In this document: piece by piece, positions 7,900-16,883 of the stretch
Layout: each line of letters starts with the position of its first letter
Position numbering within the stretch: position 1 is the first letter of the stretch
Origin: Candidatus Nanopusillus sp.
GTDB lineage: Archaea > Nanobdellota > Nanobdellia > Nanobdellales > Nanobdellaceae
Direction of reading: 5' to 3'
NCBI GenBank assembly: GCA_049414405.1
Contig: JBMSAQ010000003.1
Coordinates: 1 to 29,356, forward strand
Length of the DNA stretch: 29,356 nucleotides
The notes under the pieces: generated by a model
Seen by the model: the letters and a program-made list of their open reading frames with translations, nothing else
Database searches by the model: none
Told to the model about the DNA's origin: nothing
Translations under genes and position numbers: made by a program

Positions 7900-8912
7900 T
7901 TATTTATTTCTCTTATGAAATAATCTTTTATTGCTGGTACTACATCATATATAAATTTACTCTTTACTTTTGTTCTAACTAATATTTTACTTTCAGTCAT
8001 CCTTTTTAATATATTTGATATTGCATGAATTGTTGTATCAGAATATCTTTCTCTAAATAATTTTAATAGCTCATTAACAGTTTTTGGACCATATTTTGTT
8101 ATTAATTCTACTATATATCTTTGTTTTTCTGTTAATTTTAATAAGTCTGTAGGAGGTTTCTTTGCTTCATATATTTTTTCTACAATATCTCTGTCAATAA
8201 CGTTTTTTCTTTCCCTATATGCAATTAATAAAGCTTCATATGAATATTTTAGTATTTCTCTTGGTAGACCTCCAGATAAATTGTATATTTCTTCTATTGC
8301 ATCTTCTGTAAATAAATTTAAATTACCAGCAAGTTCTAATCTTTTCTTAATTAGTAATTTACCACTTTCAGGATCAAGAGATTTTAAATATATCTTTGTG
8401 ATAATTCTTTCATATAATGTTCTATGTTCTTTTAATAATTTCTCTTCAAGTTCTGGCAATCCTGCCAATATAAATGTACAATTTGTTTGATCAGATATGA
8501 TTTTTATCCATTCTAAAATATCATCATCACAAAATGTAGCCTCATCTAAAAATATTATTAAATTTTTCTTATTTAAATATTCTATTATATTGAATTTCTT
8601 AAATTTATATATTATTCTTTCAAAAAAAGATAATCTATCGGTAAAATACTTTTCAAATTCTTCTCTTTTTTTAAAAGGTCTGTAAATATATATTTTATTC
8701 CTCGTTTTAAGATTATTATATATCCATAATAGTAATGTTGTTTTTCCTGCTCCAGTAGGACCAGAAACTAAAACAATTTTTTCTTTGTTGTTTATTGAAT
8801 TTAATAATTTTGTTCTTTCTAAATTATATCCAACAAAAGTTTCTAAAATTACCTCTAATTTAAATGGATTATCTTTTAATTTAAAAAAATTAAGCATTTC
8901 AACATCATTCAT
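7896..8912 (-). CDS. AAA+ ATPase (ExeA/AAA_22-like) with C-terminal winged-helix domain
   Basis: N-terminal NPF segment, Walker A VSGPTGAGKTTLL, Walker B IIFLDEA, and a C-terminal wHTH-like region (TEKQRYIVELITKYGPKTVNELLKLF...ISNILKRMTESKILVR). Its stop overlaps the start of the thiolase gene (ATGA). Confidence 0.6.
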   Translation of the reverse strand: MNDVEMLNFFKLKDNPFKLEVILETFVGYNLERTKLLNSINNKEKIVLVSGPTGAGKTTLLLWIYNNLKTRNKIYIYRPFKKREEFEKYFTDRLSFFERIIYKFKKFNIIEYLNKKNLIIFLDEATFCDDDILEWIKIISDQTNCTFILAGLPELEEKLLKEHRTLYERIITKIYLKSLDPESGKLLIKKRLELAGNLNLFTEDAIEEIYNLSGGLPREILKYSYEALLIAYRERKNVIDRDIVEKIYEAKKPPTDLLKLTEKQRYIVELITKYGPKTVNELLKLFRERYSDTTIHAISNILKRMTESKILVRTKVKSKFIYDVVPAIKDYFIREINK

Positions 8913-8966
8913 ATAAAATTGTTTAATAAAAATATTATTAAATTTAAAGAATATGATATGCTATAT

Positions 8967-9039
8967 AGCCCCGTCGTCTAGTGGTCTAGGATTCAGGGTT
9001 TTGGTCCCTGAGACCGGGGTTCGAATCCCCGCGGGGCTA
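8967..9039 (+). tRNA. tRNA-Gln (anticodon TTG)
   Basis: Acceptor AGCCCCG/CGGGGCT (A1:U72, as I recall for archaeal tRNA-Gln), anticodon stem CAGGG/CCCTG with loop TTTTGGT (TTG at 9001-9003), T arm CGGGG-TTCGAAT-CCCCG, discriminator A. Confidence 0.88.
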
Positions 9040-9216
9040 TTTTCAATTGAAATGATCTTGAACGGAATTTTTAGCTTTTAGAAAATTTATAAAAATCTCT
9101 TAATATAGAAATATTTTAAGAATCTTTTTAAAGATAAAAATGTCTTATTACCTATAAGTTGCATTAACTTTAGTGAGACTATGTATTTATAAATTATCAC
9201 TTTTTTAGATAATATT

Positions 9217-9837
9217 ATGCTGGAAAATATGATTAATCTTATACTTCAAGTATTTAGTTATAATACATTAAAGGCAATATTGATTTTTATTTTTATTGTA
9301 TTAATAGGTTACTTTGTAGGAAAACTTGTAGCTTTAATACTTAAGATAATACTAAAAAACATCCTTGGTCTTGACAAATGGTTACATGATAAACAGATAA
9401 TGACAGCATATTCCTTTACAGATTTAATAGTAAATATAACCAAATTTTTCATATATTTTTATTTTGTGGGGTTATCATTTTATGTAATTTCATATTTTAA
9501 TAGTATAGGAATATTAATTTTTGAAATATTAAATAATTTATTGATAATAATAATAGTAATGGTAATTTCATATGCAATGTCTGAATTTATGTTGAGATCT
9601 TTTTTATATCCAGCAATTCAAAATTTTAAATATGTAAACTTTATATTTGGTTCAATAAGATTTATTGTATTATTCTTTATATTAGTATTAATGCTTAGCT
9701 ATTTAAACATTCTATCTCCCGTTCTTCTCTATATGTTTATAATACTCTTCGGTGGAATTGTCATTTCTATTTCAATTGCAATAGGCATAGCTTTGGGAGA
9801 TATATTAAAAGAAAAATTTAGAGAGATAATAAAATGA
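9217..9837 (+). CDS. Hypothetical membrane protein (MscS-N-terminal-like TM-helix repeat pattern?)
   Basis: Multi-TM protein. The N-terminus AILIFIFIVLIGYFVGKLVALILKIILKNILGLDKW resembles the conserved TM-helix repeat seen ahead of mechanosensitive channel domains. Weak call. Confidence 0.4.
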   Translation: MLENMINLILQVFSYNTLKAILIFIFIVLIGYFVGKLVALILKIILKNILGLDKWLHDKQIMTAYSFTDLIVNITKFFIYFYFVGLSFYVISYFNSIGILIFEILNNLLIIIIVMVISYAMSEFMLRSFLYPAIQNFKYVNFIFGSIRFIVLFFILVLMLSYLNILSPVLLYMFIILFGGIVISISIAIGIALGDILKEKFREIIK

Positions 9838-11003
9838 ACAGTAAAGAAAAGATTATTATACTGAGTAATAGCTTACTTGGCGGAATGTTAAATAGTCTGT
9901 TCTTCGTTTATCCATATTATTTTAATTTCCCGTCTGATGTATATTATTTTTTAGTTTTTATATTTTATATAGGATTAATAATAAGTTCAGCAATATTTGG
10001 AAATATTAAAATAAATGAAAAAAATTATACTAACATTGCAATGATTGGAATAATAGGACCCCTTTTATCTTCTATGCTACTAATTTATCCAAACATTTAT
10101 TTATTAATGTTAGCATATTTGTTATTTACCATTACATATCCATCTACATATTTTTCATTTTTGTTAAATTATAAAGATGTAAGTTTAAATTTTTACTTTA
10201 ATATTTATTGGACATTTGGACAGGTAATACCACAAATCCTTCTTATTTTTATTTCTATAATCTATAACATATATATAGTTTCTATTTTGTTGATATTATC
10301 TACAATAATTATCTTACATAGAAAATTATACCTCTTCTTATTTTCTTCAACACACGAATTAAATTTATTAGAAAGAATTGATAAAATGTTTTCAGTCGCG
10401 GAAAAAAATATAGATAAATTTAGAGCTATGCATCCAATATTTGGGGGTTTGGTATATCCACTAAATATAAAAAAGTTAAGAATAGGGTATTTAGAATTAT
10501 ATAGTCTGTTTGTTTTGATTGGATATTCATTGATTTGGGTATCTTTGGTTTATTCTGTAAATATATTTTCTTTATCTATGATTTTCCCGTTTTTTTTATT
10601 TATAAATGGATTATATACTTCAATATTATATAAGATATATAAAAAGGAAATTAATTTTAGAAACATAAAGATTGGAATACTTGCTAGATTTTTAATGGGT
10701 ACTATAATATTATTATCTTTAGCATTATCTTTGTCGGAAATATATAATGCTATGATACTATTAGTATTATTTATATTGGCTGCATTTTCATGGACAATAT
10801 TCCAATTTTACTTTGATAATTATATAATATTAAATTATCCACAGAAATTTGGAAATATTCATTTATTCAGAAATATAGGTGGTGCAATAGGGGCTTTATT
10901 ACCATATACTATTTCGGTTCAATATGGTTTATTTTTAGCATTTATTATTTTGGGAATTTCCTTCTTTTTCTTAAATCATGTTTTAAAGAATTATAATCAA
11001 TAA
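9834..11003 (+). CDS. Hypothetical polytopic membrane protein (transporter-like, about 10+ TM)
   Basis: 389 aa and almost entirely hydrophobic segments. Start overlaps the upstream stop (ATGA). No diagnostic transporter motif recognised. Confidence 0.5.
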   Translation: MNSKEKIIILSNSLLGGMLNSLFFVYPYYFNFPSDVYYFLVFIFYIGLIISSAIFGNIKINEKNYTNIAMIGIIGPLLSSMLLIYPNIYLLMLAYLLFTITYPSTYFSFLLNYKDVSLNFYFNIYWTFGQVIPQILLIFISIIYNIYIVSILLILSTIIILHRKLYLFLFSSTHELNLLERIDKMFSVAEKNIDKFRAMHPIFGGLVYPLNIKKLRIGYLELYSLFVLIGYSLIWVSLVYSVNIFSLSMIFPFFLFINGLYTSILYKIYKKEINFRNIKIGILARFLMGTIILLSLALSLSEIYNAMILLVLFILAAFSWTIFQFYFDNYIILNYPQKFGNIHLFRNIGGAIGALLPYTISVQYGLFLAFIILGISFFFLNHVLKNYNQ

Positions 11004-11010
11004 ATATTTT

Positions 11011-12453
11011 ATGGATGTAAAGTTAAGAAAAGTATCTGAAAACATATATGAAATATCCCAAGAAAAAGGAATGAATGTTCCGGTTAGAGTATATGCAAAT
11101 GACAAATTAATAGAAAAGATGAAAGAAGACAAAACATTAATACAAGGAAAAAATGTTGCTAGTTTGCCTGGAATACAAAAATATTCTATTATAATGCCAG
11201 ATGGGCATGAAGGTTATGGATTCCCAGTTGGGGGAGTTGCAGCGTTTGATATAAATGAAGGAATAATTTCTCCAGGTGGAATAGGATACGATATAAATTG
11301 TGGAGTAAGATTATTAAGAACAAATTTAAAGTATGAAGAAATAAAACCAAAATTAAAAGAAATTGTAAATGAAATATTTAGAAATGTGCCTGCTGGAGTT
11401 GGTGAAACTGGAAAGATTGTTTTATCTCCCGGACAGTTTAAGGATGCTGTAGAAGAGGGTTTGGAATGGAGTTATAGAGAAGGTTATGCATGGAAAGAAG
11501 ATTTGGGACATATAGAATCTTATGGTAGATTAAAAGATGCTTCAATAGAACATGTATCAGATTTGGCAATTAGGAGAGGAATAGATCAATTGGGAACTAT
11601 AGGATCTGGAAATCACTTTATCGAAATACAAGTAGTCGATAAAATATTTGATAAAGATATAGCAAGCAAATTAGGAATATATGAAGAGAGACAAGTAACA
11701 ATACTAATTCATACAGGTTCCAGAGGTTTTGGACATCAAATTGCGTCAGACTATATAGATTTGGGATTGAAAAAATATAGGGAAGAAATAAGTAAGTTAC
11801 CAGATAAAGAATTGGTATATTTGCCATTTCAATCTGAGGAAGGAACCAATTATTGGAAGTCAATGAGTGCAGCAGCAAATTTTGCATGGAATAATAGGCA
11901 AATAATAACATATTTTATTAGAAAATCATTCAAAAAAGTATATAATCATCCAGCAGAAGATATTGGATTAAATGTTGTATATGATGTTGCTCATAATATT
12001 GCGAAAATTGAAGAACATAAAGTTGATGGTAAAAGGAAAAAGTTAATTGTCCATAGAAAAGGTGCTACTAGAGCATTTCCACCAGGTTCAGAAGAATTGG
12101 TAGAAGATTATAGAAAAATTGGACAACCAGTATTAATTCCAGGTTCAATGGGAACTGCATCATATGTATTAATAGGATCTGAAAGATCTATGGAGTTGTC
12201 TTTTGGATCATCTGCGCATGGTGCTGGAAGAAATATGTCTAGAGCCGCTGCAAAAAGATCATTTAATTATAATGAGGTAATTAGAAATTTGGAAGAAAAA
12301 GGAATATATGTAAAATCTACAACAAGAGAAGGTGTAGTTGAGGAAGTACCCGAGGCTTATAAAAATGTTGATGAAGTTGTAAAAGTAACTGATGAACTTG
12401 GTATATCTAAAATTGTTGTAAGATTAAGACCAATAGCAGTTATAAAAGGTTAA
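11011..12453 (+). CDS. rtcB: RNA 3'-phosphate ligase RtcB (tRNA-splicing ligase)
   Basis: Has PDGHEGYGFPVGGV, GYDINCGVR, GSGNHFIE, HTGSRGFGHQ, HRKGATRA, PGSMG and SSAHGAGR. 480 aa, with no intein-sized insertion. Confidence 0.95.
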   Translation: MDVKLRKVSENIYEISQEKGMNVPVRVYANDKLIEKMKEDKTLIQGKNVASLPGIQKYSIIMPDGHEGYGFPVGGVAAFDINEGIISPGGIGYDINCGVRLLRTNLKYEEIKPKLKEIVNEIFRNVPAGVGETGKIVLSPGQFKDAVEEGLEWSYREGYAWKEDLGHIESYGRLKDASIEHVSDLAIRRGIDQLGTIGSGNHFIEIQVVDKIFDKDIASKLGIYEERQVTILIHTGSRGFGHQIASDYIDLGLKKYREEISKLPDKELVYLPFQSEEGTNYWKSMSAAANFAWNNRQIITYFIRKSFKKVYNHPAEDIGLNVVYDVAHNIAKIEEHKVDGKRKKLIVHRKGATRAFPPGSEELVEDYRKIGQPVLIPGSMGTASYVLIGSERSMELSFGSSAHGAGRNMSRAAAKRSFNYNEVIRNLEEKGIYVKSTTREGVVEEVPEAYKNVDEVVKVTDELGISKIVVRLRPIAVIKG

Positions 12454-12483
12454 ACTTTAATTAATATTTTACAATAGTTTTTT

Positions 12484-14904
12484 ATGAAAATATTTATATT
12501 AGATTTTGATCATGATAAAGAAAAAATTTATATTTATGGGAGGGATGAAAATGGAAAAAAAGTAAGAATAGAATACGATCAACCATTTTATGTGTATTTA
12601 ATATTAAAGGATAAAAAATATTTAGAAGAAATAAAAAATAGATTAAAAGATGAAAAATATGTAAAAAATTTTGAAATTCTAAAGAAAAATTTTATAGGAA
12701 AAGAATATGATGTAATAAAAGTTTATTTGAATCAAGATGATTATGATAAAATAAAAATTTTTGCTGATAAATTGAAGGAAGAAGGAAAAATAATTGGAAA
12801 AAAAGAAGGAGATATTGGTATAATAAAAAAGTTTCAGATAGATAATGATATATATTCATTATATACATATGATTTGGAATTAGAATTAATAAAAAAAGGA
12901 GATAATATTGATTATTATAAATTGAAGAAAAATAATGGCGTTGTTGAAAATAAGTATAAATTAAAGGTTATATCATTTGATATAGAAACAGCTTCCAATA
13001 GATCTATAATATCACCAGAAAAGGCATATATTTATATTATTTCAATATATGATGGAGAGAAATATCATTCAATATATTGGGGAGGGGAATCAGATGAAGG
13101 AATAAAAGTAAATAGCGAATTGGAGTTGTTAAAAAAATTTAATGAAATAGTTAAAAGTTTTGATCCAGACATAATTGTTGGATACAACTCAAATAATTTT
13201 GATTTATATTTCTTATATGAAAAAGCAAAAAAATTAGGATTTAAATTTGATTTTGGATGGGACGGAAAGGGAATAATATACACTAAAAAAAGAGAAGAAG
13301 ATAGAAAATATAGGATAGTTGGAATACAACATGTTGATTTATATGATATTGTCACAACAATATTTGCACCTCAATTAAGTTCTGAAACATATTCTTTGGA
13401 TGAAGTTGCTATGGAAATATTGGGGGAGGGGAAATTAGATATGGATTTAAATAGGATGTCAGATATAATTTATAATAAAAAAGATTTTAGTTACCTAATA
13501 AAATATAATAGAAAAGACACAGAATTAACTTATAAATTATATAAACATTTTGAAGGAATTTTATTAGAATTAGCAAGATTGGTTGGAAGTACTTTATATG
13601 AATTATCGGGAAGTACATATGGGGTTCTTGTAGAGAATTACTTAGTAAAAAGGGCAGAAGAATTTAACGAAATAATACCAAATAGACCAGATCCGAATGA
13701 GATAGATAAAAGAAAAAGGGTAACATATACTGGTGCTATTGTGTTAGAACCTAAACCCGGTCTATACAAAAATATTGCGGTTTTTGATTTTAGATCTTTA
13801 TATCCATCAATAATAATTAAATATAATATTTCTCCCGATACATTAAAATGTGAACATGAAGAATGTATGAAAGATAGAACAATTATCGAAACTAGTTTGG
13901 GAAAGTATGAAGTATGGTTCTGTAAAAAGAAAAAGGGATTTATATCTACAATATTAGAAAAAATATTTGAAGAAAGAACAAATTTAAAGAAAATTTTAAA
14001 AGGCTTAGATAAAAATTCTGAAGAATATAAAATGATTGATGGTAAACAGATAGCATTAAAATATATAATAAATTCCACATATGGGTATTTAGGTTTTCCA
14101 AATTCTAGATGGTATTGTTTGGAATGTGCAGCTTCGGTAACAGCTCTAGGTAGAAAGCATATATTAGAAGTAAAAGATTTTATTGAAAAAGGTGGTTATA
14201 AAATAGTATATGGAGATACAGATTCTATATTTATTATTGTGGATAGTAAAGAAAATGCGATAAATTTATTAAATAAAATAAACAATATTTTACCAAAGCC
14301 ATTGGAAATGGAGTTTGAAGATTATTATATATCTGGAATATTCGTAGAAAAGAGATCTGGAGAAGGTGGTGCTAGAAAAAGATATGCATTATTATCTGAA
14401 AATAAAAATATTAAATTAAGAGGTTTTGAAGTTGTTAGGAGAGATTGGTCAGAAATTGCTGGAGAAGTTCAAGAAAAAGTGATTAGATTAGCATTAGAAG
14501 GAAAAATAAAAGAAATAAATATTTATTTATCCGAAGTTATTAAAAATATAAGAAATCATATTTATCCTAAAGAAAAATTTATACTAAGGGAACAATTGAG
14601 AAAGGATTTATCAGAATATGAAGTTACAGCCCCACATGTTATAGCAGCAAAGAAATATAAGGAAAAGGGTTATGATGTTAGAAAAGGATTTATAGTTGAA
14701 TATATCATAGTAAAAGGTGGTGAAAAAATTTCTGATAAAGTTAGAATATTGGATGAAGTTAGAGATAATGAATACGATCCAGAATATTATATATATAAAC
14801 AGGTTTTACCAGCCATAGAACCAATATTAAAGGCATTGAATATATCCGTAGAAAATATAGGAAAAGCACAAAAAGATATATTATCATTTTTTAAAAATGG
14901 ATGA
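12484..14904 (+). CDS. polB: Family B DNA polymerase (PolB), uninterrupted
   Basis: Exo I SFDIET, Exo II GYNSNNFDLYFL, Exo III YNRKDTELTYKL, Pol A DFRSLYPSII, Pol B KYIINSTYGYLG, Pol C YGDTDS, then ARKRYAL. All lie in one 806-aa frame. Confidence 0.95.
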   Translation: MKIFILDFDHDKEKIYIYGRDENGKKVRIEYDQPFYVYLILKDKKYLEEIKNRLKDEKYVKNFEILKKNFIGKEYDVIKVYLNQDDYDKIKIFADKLKEEGKIIGKKEGDIGIIKKFQIDNDIYSLYTYDLELELIKKGDNIDYYKLKKNNGVVENKYKLKVISFDIETASNRSIISPEKAYIYIISIYDGEKYHSIYWGGESDEGIKVNSELELLKKFNEIVKSFDPDIIVGYNSNNFDLYFLYEKAKKLGFKFDFGWDGKGIIYTKKREEDRKYRIVGIQHVDLYDIVTTIFAPQLSSETYSLDEVAMEILGEGKLDMDLNRMSDIIYNKKDFSYLIKYNRKDTELTYKLYKHFEGILLELARLVGSTLYELSGSTYGVLVENYLVKRAEEFNEIIPNRPDPNEIDKRKRVTYTGAIVLEPKPGLYKNIAVFDFRSLYPSIIIKYNISPDTLKCEHEECMKDRTIIETSLGKYEVWFCKKKKGFISTILEKIFEERTNLKKILKGLDKNSEEYKMIDGKQIALKYIINSTYGYLGFPNSRWYCLECAASVTALGRKHILEVKDFIEKGGYKIVYGDTDSIFIIVDSKENAINLLNKINNILPKPLEMEFEDYYISGIFVEKRSGEGGARKRYALLSENKNIKLRGFEVVRRDWSEIAGEVQEKVIRLALEGKIKEINIYLSEVIKNIRNHIYPKEKFILREQLRKDLSEYEVTAPHVIAAKKYKEKGYDVRKGFIVEYIIVKGGEKISDKVRILDEVRDNEYDPEYYIYKQVLPAIEPILKALNISVENIGKAQKDILSFFKNG

Positions 14905-15214
14905 AATAAATGAATATGAAAAAACGATAGAAGACTTAAAAAATAAGATTAAAGATTTAAAAGAAGAATTGGAAAAAAATAAAAAATTAAAAGATGAAAT
15001 TTATGATAAATATATGAAATTGAAAAATATAATTGATAAAAACGATGAATACAATAAATTATTGGATGAATTAAAGGTAATTTTGTTAGAAATAAACTTA
15101 AAATTTAAAGATATAGATGATATCAAGAAAAGATTATACAATTTAGAATTAAAATATGATATGATAAAAAAAGAAATCGATGACATAAGAAAAGAATTAT
15201 TAAGGAATATATGA
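14897..15214 (+). CDS. Hypothetical coiled-coil protein (105 aa)
   Basis: K/E/I/L/N-rich heptad-like sequence throughout. The ATG lies 8 nt inside the polB 3' end (ATGGATGA). Confidence 0.5.
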   Translation: MDEINEYEKTIEDLKNKIKDLKEELEKNKKLKDEIYDKYMKLKNIIDKNDEYNKLLDELKVILLEINLKFKDIDDIKKRLYNLELKYDMIKKEIDDIRKELLRNI

Positions 15215-15248
15215 TAAGTCTATAAAATTTACTGTAAACAATTAGTTT

Positions 15249-16412
15249 ATGGATTTAAATAAAAATATAGATATAATTGATGAATTTTTTTCATATGTAA
15301 AAAATTTTAATAATAAGATACTGGAAATAAAAAGAAGCTTAAATAATTTTGTAAATAAAGAAGAATTTTACAATCAATTAAAAGCTTTAAGAGAAGAATT
15401 AGAAAATGTAGAAAAAATATTAAATAATTATAAAGAAATATTAAATGAAAATTTGTTAGATAAAGTGAGATATTTAAACGATTTAAAAATAAAAGTAGAT
15501 GTATTAGAAAATAATCAAAAAAACTTTGTTGATTATTCTGCTATAATAAATATAAAATCAAAAATAAATAAATTAGAACTTGATATTAATTCTTTAAGTA
15601 ATAAAATAACAAAATATGAAGATGTTATAAATAGTATAAAGGAATTAAGAAATAAAATAGGAGATTTAACTGATAAGTTAAATAAAATAGAAAATTCATA
15701 TACAAATATTAATATTTTTAATGATCTAAAAGCAAAAGTAGATAATTTAACAAATTTATTATCTAAAACAATAGATAATTTATCTAAGGATCTTTTACAA
15801 TATAATAAAATATCTGAGATTATAAGTGAGATAAAAGAGAAAGATCTGTATAATATTAATAGTAAATTAGAAAAGATAGAAAAGAAATATGAAGAAAAGT
15901 ATTATGAAATTAGTAATAAAATAAGTAATATGAATTACTTATTACAATTAACAAATGATGATATTAAAAATATAAAACAATTTAGAGCTTATGAAGAATT
16001 ATATAACAAATATATAAACTTTGAAAATAGACTAAATAGTATATATGCACTATTTGAGGAATTAAGTAATCTAGTTGTGGATTTAAGATCAAAAATAAAT
16101 GAAATAGATAAAATTGAAGAAATTAATGAAAAATATAATAAATTGGAAGAAAGTTTGAATAATATTAAGGAAGAAATAAAAAAGATAAAAGTAGAATTAT
16201 ACGATTCTAAAGATATATTAGAATCTATATTATCAGATTACGAAAATTTAATGAATAAAATAAAGAAAATAGAGAATTTTATTGATTTAGCAAATTTTGA
16301 ATATATAATAAATGAGATAGAAAAAATAAAAATAATAGAAAATGATATAGAAAATATAAAGAGATTATTATTATCTAAAAATATAAGAGGAAGAGAAGAA
16401 TACAATTACTAA
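15249..16412 (+). CDS. Hypothetical long coiled-coil protein (387 aa)
   Basis: Almost continuous heptad-like K/E/N/I/L sequence with no Cys, no P-loop and no TM segment. Confidence 0.55.
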   Translation: MDLNKNIDIIDEFFSYVKNFNNKILEIKRSLNNFVNKEEFYNQLKALREELENVEKILNNYKEILNENLLDKVRYLNDLKIKVDVLENNQKNFVDYSAIINIKSKINKLELDINSLSNKITKYEDVINSIKELRNKIGDLTDKLNKIENSYTNINIFNDLKAKVDNLTNLLSKTIDNLSKDLLQYNKISEIISEIKEKDLYNINSKLEKIEKKYEEKYYEISNKISNMNYLLQLTNDDIKNIKQFRAYEELYNKYINFENRLNSIYALFEELSNLVVDLRSKINEIDKIEEINEKYNKLEESLNNIKEEIKKIKVELYDSKDILESILSDYENLMNKIKKIENFIDLANFEYIINEIEKIKIIENDIENIKRLLLSKNIRGREEYNY

Positions 16413-16765
16413 TAGATTTTCTTAATTTTATTTATTATTTCCGAAAATCTGCTTATTATAACATATAATTTTATTAATTTCTCTTTTTCTATATTTTTTT
16501 GATCTAATCCCTTTTCTATATCTAAATAATCAAATACTTTATTGGATTTAATAATATATAATTCATCAAAAAAATTCCTCTCTTCCAATTCTTTTAACAT
16601 TGATATAAATTTCAACGATTCATTAAGATTGTTTAGGTCTATTTCTTTTTTTAGCACTAAAGTTATTTTTCCACTCTTTTCTTTTTCCAATTTTTTAATT
16701 TTATTATCAATTTGTAATATTTTTCTTCTTTTAGCATATTCTGGAGAAGGTATTATCAATGGCAT
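16409..16765 (-). CDS. Hypothetical protein (118 aa)
   Basis: K/E-rich ORF, preferred over the F/S/L-rich antisense ORF at 16542..16784. Its stop overlaps the stop of the convergent coiled-coil gene. Confidence 0.45.
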   Translation of the reverse strand: MPLIIPSPEYAKRRKILQIDNKIKKLEKEKSGKITLVLKKEIDLNNLNESLKFISMLKELEERNFFDELYIIKSNKVFDYLDIEKGLDQKNIEKEKLIKLYVIISRFSEIINKIKKIY

Positions 16766-16795
16766 AATAAATAATAATATATAGAAATTTAAAAA

Positions 16796-16845
16796 TCAGT
16801 AGCTACTCCTTTCATCATTAATTCAGATTGTGTCCACATCGTCAT
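16796..16845 (-). ncRNA. Candidate C/D box sRNA (2'-O-methylation guide)
   Basis: Minus strand reads ATGACGA(C, 1 mismatch)-TGTGGACACAAT(12 nt)-CTGA(D')-ATTA-ATGATGA(C')-AAGGAGTAGCTA(12 nt)-CTGA(D), followed by TTTTT. It lies in a 118-bp intergenic gap, and both guides have more G+C than the surrounding DNA. Confidence 0.6.
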
Positions 16846-16883
16846 AATAATTATTTATAAGAATTGTATTTTTTATTTTTTAT

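Noticed and set aside
6976-8912. AAA ATPase plus PP-loop ATPase pair as a DNA-modification or defence module (Dnd/Ssp- or Dpd-like).
   Set aside because: The PP-loop protein has the double zinc-finger plus CxxC...C Fe-S layout and the size of TtuA/Ncs6 tRNA thiolases. It does not have the DndC/QueC architecture. No nuclease, methylase or other defence partner is present.
11011-14904. Possible inteins in RtcB or PolB, or a split PolB.
   Set aside because: Both proteins have ordinary lengths (480 and 806 aa). All catalytic motifs are contiguous, and there are no intein block sequences or homing-endonuclease-sized insertions.
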